A stretch of DNA of 64,000 nucleotides from Geosiphon pyriformis uo1 (lineage: Eukaryota; Fungi; Glomeromycota), in NCBI GenBank assembly GCA_016748015.1, contig JAAOMT010000151.1:62001-126000 (forward strand), in the 5' to 3' direction. Numbering within the stretch: position 1 is the first letter of the stretch; every line of letters starts with the position of its first letter. The translations under genes and the position numbers were made by a program. Positions 1 through 11,980 of this stretch are shown here, piece after piece. Below the pieces are notes generated by a model, which did no database searches, was not told where the DNA came from, and was given only the letters and a program-made list of their open reading frames with translations.

Positions 1-1249
1 TTTTTTTGCAACAAAAAAATCACAGTACTAACAGTTTTAATTTGGGTTGCCATTTCAATCTCACTTTCTTTTAATGTCTCTGCCATGGCAAGTAAAGTAG
101 ATAGTAATTTAGTAACCAACACAACCAGGAGAGTCCACAGACTCAACTATAGATTTTATTAACAAAGACAGTTCTTTTTTTTTTTGTTAACATGTAGCCA
201 TACTGGTCTTTTATTAGTTTAGCCATACTTAAAAAGCATGGCTTTTTTATAAAGCCAACTTACCCAATAATTTAAATTACAAGATATGGCTAATCACTAA
301 GTAGTTATGCCTAACTATACACTAGTATAACCAGAAAACCTAAAGGATATTACACTATTACTTAAAGTAATTCTACTACCCAAAACATCAGTTAATATCT
401 TATTACAATATGAGAATCCATCACTCATTTTAATATTGGAATTGCCACTACCATTATCACTATTCCTTGGCATTTTGTGTATGCTGGTCACACATTATTA
501 ATACTTATTGATTTTTTCCACTCAGTTTGTAACTTACAATGTTTCCTCCATAATCTATTCCTCGCTTGAATTACTGCTTATTTACATACCTTAATTAAGA
601 TATTATCATTAGCTCTCTGATTAATGTTAGCAAAAACATTAATTCTTCTAAATTGCTTATTGATTAATCCTTTGCATAGCAAATCTATATTGGGTGTTGA
701 TCTGATGTATTCATTAAACAGAACAACCCTCTTATCAGGGTTCAAAATTTTATGTTTTCCTTTCACAGCCTTTGATAAGTACCACATCTACTCATTCCTT
801 ATATCATCTATCAGTGTTTTGCCTTTTTAAGTATTCAGAAAACATTTTCAAAAGTGTTAATTGGTTTCTACTTCTGTGTGGCATACTTTGCACAAGTTGT
901 TTATATACACTAAAGAACATCTATTGTATAGCATCTTTGCTGTTGGCAGCATGTTGTGGAATGATTTTATAATAAATATATGTATTGCTGAAAAACCAGC
1001 TGAGATGAAGCCTAATGACATTTTATCATTCCAGTTCTACACTTTGGTTGTGTACTTTCAGTTTACTCTCTGGTCTAAAGACCCTGCTGTCTCTTGTACT
1101 TTGTCATTGCTGATCCAATTCAAAGCTTCTTAAATTCCAGTCTGTTGGTTCAAAAAATGTCTGATATGCAAGAGAGGATGTAACTGATATTCTTAGCATT
1201 GTAAACCCATTTTACTGTGTTAAAAACAGTAGCTTCTTTGGCTAGTTTG

Positions 1250-1662
1250 TTAGCCATCTCATTTTCGAATATACCAGTATGTGCAGCCACTTTGTTTATG
1301 TTAAGATTAATTCTTTTTTCCCCTATTACTGCTTTAATTGCATTCTATGTACTCCAGTTAGGAATTTTGAGCTGATTCCTAATAGACAAAAGAGAATCTT
1401 TGAACAACCATTTTTGAGCTGTTAACATTATTGCCTAACTATCTGTGTTCAATATTAGTTTGCATTTGTGAAGTACTGCTTTCAAAGCCAATAATACAGC
1501 TTTTGCCTTAGTTTTTGTTGATGATAATGTTTCATTAACTGTTATACTAAAGTGGGCTTTTATTTCATGTATTACAAAAATGGTTGCTTCTCTAGCATCC
1601 TCAGAACCAGTTTTTACCAGTGAGCCATCTGTTGATATTTTTATTTTTTTTCTGAGTCTCAA
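1250..1662 (-). pseudogene. RNase H domain of LINE-X ORF2
   Basis: ISTDGSL...KAVLLAL...LNTDS, continuing to KVAAHTGIFENEMANKLAK; in-frame stops. Confidence 0.85.
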
Positions 1663-1945
1663 CTTCTTTCACACATTCTTCTATTGTGATAATAGAGCAT
1701 TAAGAATTTGGATGTAAATAAAGTCTTTTTGCATTATATCTAGGTTATTTGGTATTTGGTTATCTATTTTGTGCATTACTACTGCTTTATATTGGGTTAC
1801 ATTAATGTTCTTGTGTTCATCCATAATGATTGTAGACTTTAAAATCTTAAACTATTTGGAAATTCTACCACTGTTGCTTTGTCTATACTTCCTTGTAAAG
1901 TCCATTCATGTTATTAACAATCCATCCTTGGTCTGAATCTAATAT

Positions 1946-2687
1946 TGTTATGGTTGAAACTTATACTTCTTATTAATTATTACATGTATTAGCCAATGAT
2001 GTCATATAAATTAGCCACTCTATTTTTAGAAAGTGATTATTAATCTGATTAATGATCTAACCATTGACCTGATCATTGACCTGATCATTGACCTAATCAA
2101 TGACCTGATTATTGATCTGATTAATGACTTGATTATTAACCTAGTTATTGACCTGATCATTGACCACTTTTGACAGCTATATAAGCAATAAATCTCTTAG
2201 CTGTAGAAAAGCATGAAGAAATCAAATAAATAAAATAACAACTTTCATCTTAATCCTTCTCTTATTGCTAATTTTTCTTTCTCTACTTTCAAGTATCTGA
2301 ACATCTTAAAGATAAAAGATTACTTGTTGGTTATTCCTTATCCTTTTCCTAAAACATGTAATTGCAACATTTGAAGATTATTGAATAAAACATGACTGAA
2401 AAGCACATCTGATACTTGATATTGAATTCTAAGAGTGTCAACATAAGACATAAAATTATACTAAATGTGATTATTTGTTGACAATACAGACTATTCCTCT
2501 ACCTTCAGATTCCCCGGTTATCTTTGAAAAGTATAGTGACTGAGATATTTTATGAGACTGATCTCACACATTGAATTCATACTTATTCAATTTGCTCTTT
2601 AAAGTTGAATTTCTTTTGATTATTTCCATCACCCTATAATCCTGTTTTCTCTTGCTATTCATTAGCTTGTTATTCCAACCCATAACA
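1946..2687 (+). repeat. 5' LTR of A1
   Basis: TG...CA ends; direct repeat of 9012-9737; TATA-like CTATATAAG at ~2178. Confidence 0.95.
2034..2165 (+). repeat. 11 x 12-bp tandem array (consensus TGATCATTGACC) in U3 of the A1 5' LTR
   Basis: Units counted directly; array ends ~13 bp before the TATA-like box. Confidence 0.9.
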
Positions 2688-2739
2688 TAAAAGTAGTGCT
2701 TTCTATGAGGTTGTTAAAATCCACTTTGTTTCCTATTGT

Positions 2740-4287
2740 ATGGGTGATTATTTATACCTGCCACAACAATCAGAAAAATACTTTAAAGCACACAACAAAA
2801 ATGATCTAGACTTTATTGAACTCAATTCTTTGCCCTCCTGCTTGATTTGCTTCCTCATTAAAGAACAATCCAGCAGACAATTCCAAGACTTTTGGAACTG
2901 GTTCTTGAATGAGCATTCAGCTGAAACCTACACAGCTTATACAACCTATTACTTTGACCAAGCTTATTTTGAAGACGACTTTAAAGAAAAAAACAACAGT
3001 ATCAATCAGCTCTTATATTCTGCAACCTTTGAACAACAGCCTCCTAATTTCGAATATCTGAATCATCAAATCTATATTTGGATTGCTGTTTATCAAGCAA
3101 CTGAAACTCCCTTTGAAACAGAAGAAGAAAGCTACCAAACTGCCCCTGTTTTTGATTTTTTATCAAGCAAATCAGACTCATCTACACAAACAGTTACCCC
3201 TAAACCAATGGCTAATGATCTCATGCAAGCAAACATTCTGGCCACCCTTCAAGGTATACAAACTGCTCTAGAAAGAAGAAACAATATCCCACTACCACTA
3301 TTTAGAGGTAATGCACAAGATCTAATTGAATGGTTAGATGATTTTGAAAGAGCTGTCACAGCCAACCAGTATGATGAAGAATACAAGTTCCAAATCATTG
3401 GTGGCTACCTCCAAGGCTCTTCTGCTATCTGGTTCTCACAAGAAACAGATGCCAATGCTCAATACCGAATAATCAAATGGACATCAACCAATGCTGGAGA
3501 AGAAAATACCTCTTTCACTATCCAGTTTGAGACCAAGTTCAGAACCCCAATATTAATATCCAAATGGCACATGGAATTGGAAAGAAGAACCCAAGGCTTT
3601 GGAAAAGTAGTGACTGAATATGCCAAAGCTATCAGAAAGCTAATCAAACTTGTAGACTCTAAGAGAAACTAAACAGAAGAACAAAAAATCCATTCCTTCA
3701 CAAAAGGATTAAAAACTGATCTATCATATGCTTTTTGGTTTCTCTTGGCTTTAAAAAACAACTCAACAATAGACATGACTATTGAACTGGCACAAAGAAT
3801 TGAAGATAACTAAAGGATGCATTTGAGATCTACACTTCCAGTTTTTGCTCCTGCTCCTGTTATGGCTTCAGCTCCACAAATGACTGCTGTCTCTTTTGCT
3901 GCCCAAACTCAAGACCCAAATGAACAGTTAATAGATAGACTTACAGCTAATCTTGCCTAATTACTGGAACTCTTAGCCCAAGCTGTCAGAGAAAATCAAC
4001 AACTCCAAAAACCCAGATTTGAACTCTGTTTTAATCAACCCCAGCAACTCCCATATCAAAGACAACAAAATCATGGCCCACCTGTGTGTTACTATTGTGG
4101 ATTAACTGGAAATTTCTCCAAAGATTGTAACAATTCTCCTCTGTCTTTTCCAGCTCCTAGAAACAATGACAATAACAGAACCAGCAACAACAATGTTCTC
4201 AATCAAAAACCTAATCATGCTAACATCAATTTCTTTGGAGAGAATCCCCTGATTAAGGCCACTGTTTATTAGCCTTTAAACTGGTAG
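2740..4287 (+). pseudogene. gag: gag of A1 (N-terminal extension, capsid-like domain, zinc knuckle)
   Basis: PLFRGNAQDLIEWLDDFE...ELERRTQG..VTEYA capsid-like motifs; CYYCGLTGNFSKDC knuckle (CYHCGLIGHYLRDC in A2); internal stops. Confidence 0.88.
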
Positions 4288-7200
4288 GTGCACCTTCAAA
4301 AAATGAGAGTGCAAGCCAACCAAAAGAAAACTCCTTTTATGCTTTTAACCTAACTGATGATGACCATGACATGAATGAATTAGCAATCAACACCTCTAAA
4401 TCAACAAGAAAGAAAAAGAAAGCCAAGGTTGATTTTATTCTAGATCCAAAAAAAGCCTCCACATCAATTGTTGATAATAATAAACCACTAAAGGCTAAAG
4501 TTTTTAAAAATCCTCCAAAGTTGGAATCCCCAGAAATTGTACAAAAATCTGGATCCTATTCTGTTGTCAAGGATCTTATGGAAATGCCTGCACACATTAC
4601 ATTTGGCAACTGATAACCCATCCACAGTTTAGAAAAGATTTTCACAAATCATTGATACCAAAGAAAAAGACACCAAAAACCAACAAACGCTCTCACCAAG
4701 CTGAACTCACTAATAACAGCAATATCACTTCTCTGATTTGTAAAGCCCAAGTGGCTGGTTACTTCATTGACCTGATCTTAGACAGTAGATCATCTGTTAG
4801 TGTAATTGCCAAACACTTTTTTGAAGCAATTGGCAGAAAAATTGATGAGTCTTTTACAAGACTAATGACCAATGTACATAGTAACAAGAAGAAAGACTTG
4901 GGCATAGCCAAAGCTATTTCTGTCTACATCAATAGTATCAGCATTGAAACAGATATGGAAGTATCTGAAGCAAAAGAATATATCATTATTGTTGGTAATG
5001 AGTGGCTTAAGAAAGCCAAAGCACTACTTAACTATGAACTGTGTGAGCTAATCATCAGATGTGGTGAAAAACCCATTGTAATTAAATGCCATCATTGGAC
5101 AACTCTTCCAGCAACCAAACAGAACCAAGAAAAAGAACAATCAGATGAATTAGATGATAATGAGAGTGATAATGAAGAAGATCAAGAAGAACAAGAAGAA
5201 ACTACTGAACTCACTTATACCATCTTCACCAGCAATGGCAAGCCACTGGACAATGTTAAAGCTGACAAAGAAGAAATCATGGTAAATGGCAAGCTAATCT
5301 GCTGGCCCTATTATGATATCCTCAGAAAAACTTTTGACAGAAAACCTAGCAAAAAAGCCAAATACAGTTATTGGTGACATGGCCCTTGTGCATAGTGCTG
5401 GTGCAATAAACTTTTGTATTCACCAAGTGATAAATGCAAATCTTGTCTGATCTATTACAAAGATTGGGAACCAATTAGTTTGATACCTCAAGAAGAACTT
5501 AAAGAAGTACAAAAGTCCTTTGAGAATAAACCACCTGAAATCCAATTACTAATTATAGAACAAAGAGAACCTTCCCCTGAAGAAAAAAAAGTGGACATTA
5601 AAAATCTGTTGGCTAGAAATAGCCCAGTTATCTCAAAAGAAGGTGACGCCTCTGGACAAACCCATGTGATACAACACACCATCACCACCAAAAAAACTTG
5701 TTCTATCTATTTGAAATCTTATCAATCCAATTAACACAATGATGAGTTTATCAAGAAAGAGATAAACCAGATGAAAGATCTTGAATTCATACAAAAAACC
5801 AAGAGTAAATGGGCTTTTCTAGTTGTAGTGGTATTCAAGAAAGGTGGAACTCTATGCTTCTGTGTTGACTACTGCCAATTAAATGCCATCACTATAAGAG
5901 ACATGTATCCACTCCCCAAAATTAATGCAATGCTAGATAAATTTAATGGTGCTGCTTTTTTTTCAACTATTGACTTAACTGCTAAATTCTGGCAAGTAGA
6001 GATGGATCCAGAAAGCAGAAAGAAAACTGTCTTTATCACCAAGTATGGCACCTATAAATTCACAGTCATGTCTTTTGGTCTCACCAATGCTCTTCTCACC
6101 TTTCAACGCCTAATAGATAAAGTGTTTGAATCAGTAAAAGAAAACTTTGTTCTAGTTTACTTGGACAACATAATAGTATATTCAAAAACCTGAGATGAAC
6201 ATCTTGAACATTTACAGAAGGTTTTTGACCTGCTCAGAAATGCTGGCCTTAAGATTAACCCAATCAAATCTTTCTTTGGACACCAATCTACCCAGTTTTT
6301 TGGTCATTTTATTACAAAAAATGGAATCTTCTCTGATCCAGCTAAAGTTGAAAAAGTCCAGAACATTAGACAGCCAATGAATGTTCCTGAACTATGCTTT
6401 TTCCTTGGTTTGGCTTTTTACTATCACAAATTTATCAAGGATTTCTCCAAAATTGCCTTTCCTTTCAATTAGCTATTCAGGAAAAATGTCAATTATCACT
6501 GGAGCACTTATTAACAAAAAGCTTTTGAATTTCTAAAGAAAAAACTTGTTACTGAACCAATTCTAAAACAACCTGATCTGGATCAACTTTTTATCCTCCA
6601 TACTGATGCATCTGGCTATGGACTTGGTGCTGTCCTTTTACAAAAAGATGAAAATGGCAGAGAATATGCAATAGCATATGCCAGTAAATCCCTTACACCA
6701 GTAGAAAAGAACTATTTAGTTACTGAACCAGAATGTTTAGCAGTAATTTGGGCTACTAGCTACTGGGATCAATATCTTTTTGGTGCAAAATTTTTAGTGA
6801 TAACAGATCATCAAGTTTTGGTTTGGCTGTACAATAAAAAGAAGCTGGAACACAAATGAATAACTCACTGGATACTCCACTTGGATGAATTCGACTATGA
6901 TATTCAACACTACAAAAGAGCAAATCATCAAAACACTAACACTCTATTTAGACTTATCATCTAGTAACAGTACAACTTCTCAAATCAAACCAACTTAATT
7001 ATTAGTAACTTCTTCATAACAAACATGATAATAGACTTGGACAACTACTCTGCCTTAATGGAATTTTTGGGTAAAGGACAATATTTACCAGAATACACTT
7101 GACAGCAAAGAGAACATTTGTGCAAACAATCAAATTTCTATTTGATCCACCAGAATTAATTATATAAAAGAAACAGAAAAGATCCTGACCATCCCCAAAG

Positions 7201-8343
7201 AGTCATCAGATTTGAAGAAAGAGAAATTGTAATATATAATATGCACACTAACCCATTAGCTAGACACTCTGAAAAAACAAAAACAATTCAGAAAACTTTA
7301 GCTCATTATTATTGGCCTACCTTGGGAAAAGACATTACTAAATACATTAAAACTTGTAACATTTGCCAAAGAAGAGGCAAACCCAATCGCAAAGAAGATA
7401 TCCATCCAATCTCTGTTGGTCAACTCTTTGACAGAATTGGTATAAATGTTGTTGGACTTTTAACAATCACTCCTGATGGCAACAGATATATTATCACAGC
7501 TACCAATTATCTTACAAAATGAGTAGAAGCAAGAGCCACTTCAGACCAAATAGCAGTCTCAATAGCCAATTTTATTTATGAAGATATTATCTGCTGTCAT
7601 GACTGTCCCAAAGAACTTTTATCTAATAGAGAAAGAGCTTTTCTCAGTACACTGGTTAAAGAACTTTGTAGAAAAATGGGAATATATCAAAAACTTTCCT
7701 CCCCTTATCACCCCCAAACAAATGACCTAATAGAACATTTCAATAGAATATTATGTGAAACCCTAGCCAAAACCAGTGAAGAAACAAACTTATGGAACAA
7801 AGTACTGCCTTCAGCTTTGTTTGCTTATAAAACTGTAAATCATGACATAACAAGTTATGAACCTTTTTATCTGTTCTATGGATGCATGGCAACACTACCA
7901 ATAGAAACTGATATTAAAACAATACCCTTTAAAGAGATCACAATAGGGAATTACAAAGACATTTTGCAAAGAAAACTTGGTACCATTCTTGATTCCTTAG
8001 TAGAAGCACAAATAATCACTTTTGAAAAGATAAAACAGTTTTAAGAAAAGCTTAAGAAAAAAAAAACCTATAAAACACTTTCTTTAAGTGTTAGTGACTT
8101 GGTACTAGAATATTATTCTGACAAAGACAATGTTTATGGTGATAAATTTTCTAACCAATAGAAAGGACCCTTTATAGTCAACAAAGTTTTGAACAATGAT
8201 TCTTATATTCTTCAAAATCAATTTGGAACAATCTTCAATGATTATCCTGTTCATGGTACATGACTCAAGAAATATCATAAATGACCTGATTGGCTGCCTG
8301 TTATAATAATACCAACTCAAATGATCAGCAAAAATCAAGTATA
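4275..8343 (+). pseudogene. pol: pol of A1 (aspartic protease, RT, RNase H, integrase with GPF motif; no chromodomain)
   Basis: DLILDS[R/G]SSVSVI; CVDYCQLN, YPLPKI, YLDN(D); HTDASG...AYAS; H-x-H...CNIC; IEHFNR; KGPFIV. Confidence 0.92.
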
Positions 8344-8385
8344 AATAAATGCACCATTCCCAAAACAGAGATATTTTCAATCGAC

Positions 8386-9042
8386 ATGAACAATTATTTT
8401 CTGGATCAAAACATTCAAAATGCCTTCTATACTTTCTATGAGTATTGGATCAAAAACTATCCAAATGCTATTTTGATCATTGGAAAACAAACTACCATAA
8501 TTGATAACAGCAGAACACATACTGTTATTAGACCAAAGAAAACTACTACCAGAAGAGAAAAAATTAGTAGTAAAATGAATAAATATCTGTTGGAAAGTAT
8601 AACAGCAGCTATACTTCCATCTTCCAACACAATTGGAAAAACACTTCAAAAAATCTTATCTATAGACAAAAACTTGTCATATAGAAGACAATTAGAACTC
8701 TATGGTCGTCTTAGTAAAATCATAGAGGATATAAAACTCATGAAGAAAACAACTTCAGAGATACAGGCAAGAATTTTGGACATTATATGGTTAGATGTCT
8801 TAAAAGTTTTAACTATTGCTAAAAGAGCCAAAACTCTAATACAAAGATTTGGTCTCTTGGATACAAAAATCATTTCACTTCAAGTGTTATATACCTTATC
8901 CACAAAAGACTTCAACAAACTAGTTAGCTTTGAGTTAAATAAAATCCTTCAAATAGATTACTCCATAAATAGCTTGATTTTGCTGGAGCTCAATCTCTTT
9001 GGAGATAATGATGTTATGGTTAAAACTTATACTTCTTATTAA
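8386..9042 (+). CDS. ORF3 of A1: 218-aa protein of unknown function in the env position; runs through the PPT into the 3' LTR
   Basis: Open ATG-to-TAA frame; collinear homologues at 23652-24308 (same length) and ~33237-33891. Confidence 0.8.
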   Translation: MNNYFLDQNIQNAFYTFYEYWIKNYPNAILIIGKQTTIIDNSRTHTVIRPKKTTTRREKISSKMNKYLLESITAAILPSSNTIGKTLQKILSIDKNLSYRRQLELYGRLSKIIEDIKLMKKTTSEIQARILDIIWLDVLKVLTIAKRAKTLIQRFGLLDTKIISLQVLYTLSTKDFNKLVSFELNKILQIDYSINSLILLELNLFGDNDVMVKTYTSY

Positions 9043-9737
9043 TTATTACATGTATTAGCCAATGATGTCATATAAATTAGCCACTCTATTTTTAGAAAGT
9101 GATTATTGACCTGATCAATGATCTAACCATTGACCTGATCATTGATCTGATTGTTGATCTAATCAATGACCTAATCATTGACCTGATCAATAACCTAATT
9201 ATTGACCACTTTTGACAGCTATATAAGTGATGAATCTCTTAGCTGTAGAAAAACATGAAGAAATCAAGAAAATCAAATAAATAAAATAACAACTTTCATC
9301 TCAATTCTTCTCTTATTGCTAATTTCTCTTTCCCTACTTTCAAGTATCTGAACATCTTAAAGATAAAAAATTACTTGTTGGTTATTCCTTATCCTTTTCC
9401 TGAAACATGTAATTACAACATTTGGAGATTATTGAATAAAATGTGACTGAAGAGCACATCTGATACTTGATATTGAATTCTAAGAGTGCTGACATGAGGC
9501 ATAGAATTATACTAAGTGTGATCATTTGTTGACAGTACAGACTATTCCTTTACCTTTAAATTCCCCAGTTACTTTAAAAAGTATAGTGACTGAGATATTT
9601 TATGAAATTGATCTTGCACATTAAATCAATACTTATTCAATTCGCTCTTTAAAGTTGAATTCTTTTTGATTATTTTCATTACCCTACAATCCTGTTCTCT
9701 CTTGCTATCCATTAGCTTGTTACTCTAATCTGTAACA
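9012..9737 (+). repeat. 3' LTR of A1 (9 units of the 12-bp array, 9100-9207)
   Basis: Preceded by purine-rich GGAGATAATGA (PPT); followed by TSD ATAT. Confidence 0.95.
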
Positions 9738-10339
9738 ATATAAATACAAAATGTTCTTCTTCCTCAGTAAACTTCTGACCTTAGTGTAGACTACACATGG
9801 AGTTATAACTGTTTCAATTAAATGTGCATGTGGTCTTAAAAATTTAGGTACCTCATATGTATTATCAGAGCTTTTGAATGAGATACCTCTCTCTTCCATT
9901 ATCTGCATGATGTTTGCTATAAGATTAACCTCTGGCTTAGATCATTTATTAGTGGAATATTCAAGTATACTATGAGCTAACTATCTTTGTGTTTACAAGT
10001 TGGCTAGTCTGATTTTTGTGGCCATTCCAGCAATATTATTACTGTTTAATCTAACTAACAAATCTGTGATCTTGCTTTTCACTTGTATATTATTAATTTT
10101 GAACAAGTTGTACAAAGATGAGTGATGCATGGCACTGGTTGGAAAATCTACTGAGAGTTTTACTTTTTTCTTTACAGTGGCTGAAATCTTTGAGATCCAT
10201 CTTTTAGCCTAACTGTTTGGAATATGGGTCAATTAAGATCTAAATTCTATTGTTGGACTGAGTACACTGTTGAAAATGTAAATCACCTGTTTTTCAGTAA
10301 TGTGTTTTTTTTTAATAACCCCATACACTACTTCAATGT

Positions 10340-11980
10340 CAGATCCTATCATATTCAGCACAGTTTCATTTTTTCTATCTGCTTTAATCCATACTCCCAA
10401 ATATTAAATGCATGTAGATGGATTCAGCAATTTCAAGATTTGTTTGTTTGGACTAAATTTTAGTGGCTTAACCAACACTGATTTTTTTTTAGAGAGTTTG
10501 ATCACCATTGTTTCAGTCTTATCTAAGTTGATCTTGATATCCACTATTCTAAAGAAAAAGCTGGCTGTGTTCAAAATACTCTGCATTTTTTGTCTTAAGT
10601 TAGCTATCTACACTGTGTTATTGACAAAGACAAGGTGGTTTACTGATGTCAGTAAAAATTGTGTGTCTGCTTGATTGTTCCACTTTTTTTATTCAGCTGT
10701 TAATTTGTATTCCTGGCTGTAATTAGTTTGTTTTATTTCACACAGTAAGAAGTCATAAAAGATCCTTCATATGATAAGTGAGCTTGTTTCCTCTTGATCT
10801 AGTCTATCTTGTACTTGATATTCATCACTTAACCCAAACTCAGTTATGATTCTATTGCTTCTGTTGTTGTGCATCAAGCCAAATAGCTTAGTAAACTTAT
10901 TGTTTATTTTGATCTTTTTTAGTGCAGCTTTTATGGATTTCCATCTCACTGAGTTGTATACTTTTTTCATGTTCTGAAATGTAAACCAAGCTTCATTACC
11001 AAATTCTTTTGTATGCTCAGCAACAGCATTAATCACATGAATTGGCACTGCTGTAGATATATTCTTTAAAACTGAGGTGTTGTAATCTTTTAGAACGTTG
11101 TAGAGCTCACATGCTTTTGATATTCTTGCAGTTAGAATCTTTGTTAAGATTTTTTTAGTACAGATCCTATCATTTTTAGCACAGTTTCATTTTTTTCATC
11201 TGCTCTAATTCATATTTCCAAATATTAGATGCATGTAGACGGATCCAGCAATTTCAAGATTTGTTTGTTTGGACCAAATTTTAATGGCTCAACCAACATT
11301 GATTTCCTTTCAGAGGGTCTGACCACTATTGTTTTAGTCTTATCTAAATTGATCTTGATATCTACTATTCTAAAGAAAAAGCTGGCTGTATCCAAAATAC
11401 TCTGCATTCCTTGTCTTGAGTTAGCTATTCACACTGTGTTATTGACAAAGGCAAAATGGTTTACTGATGCTAATAGAGATTGTGTGTCTGCTTGATTGTC
11501 TTACTTTTTCCATTCAGTTGTTAATTTGTATCCTTGACTATAATTGGCCTGTTTTACTTCACACAGTAAGAAGTTATAGAAAATTTTTTACATAATAGGT
11601 GAGCTTGTCTCTCCTTGATCCAGTCCATCTTGTACTTGATATTCATTACTTAACCCAAACTCAGTTATGATTCTATTGCTTCTATTGTTGTGCATCAAAC
11701 CAAATAGCTTAGTAAACCTATTGTTTATTTTGATTTTTTTTAGTGCAGCTTCTATGGGTTTCCATCCTACTGAGTTATATGCTTTTTTCATGTTCTGAAA
11801 TGTAAACCAAGCCTCATTACCAAATTCTCTTGTATGCTCAACAACAGCATTAATTACATGAATTAGTACTGTTGTGAATGTATTTTTTAAAACTGAGGTG
11901 TTGTAATCTTTTAGAACTTGTGAAGCTTACATGCTTTTAATATTCTTGCAATTAGAATCTTTGTTAAGATCTTTCTAGTG
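10340..11980 (-). repeat. Tandem duplication (~821-bp unit) of the RT core within LINE-X
   Basis: 10340-11160 repeats at 11161-11980; paired ORFs 10404/11225 and 10408/11229 are offset by exactly 821. Confidence 0.92.

Larger units (their letters stand above)
1946..9737 (+). mobile_element. Gypsy-A copy A1, full-length decayed Ty3/Gypsy LTR retrotransposon
   Basis: LTRs 1946-2687 and 9012-9737 (TGTTA...TAACA); 4-bp TSD ATAT (1942-1945 / 9738-9741); gag-PR-RT-RH-IN order. Confidence 0.95.

Noticed and set aside
2034-2165. 12-bp repeats as a CRISPR-like array
   Set aside because: Head-to-tail units without spacers, inside a eukaryotic LTR.
8290-9042. ORF3 as an env gene
   Set aside because: Env position only; no signal peptide, furin site or transmembrane segment, and it is short.
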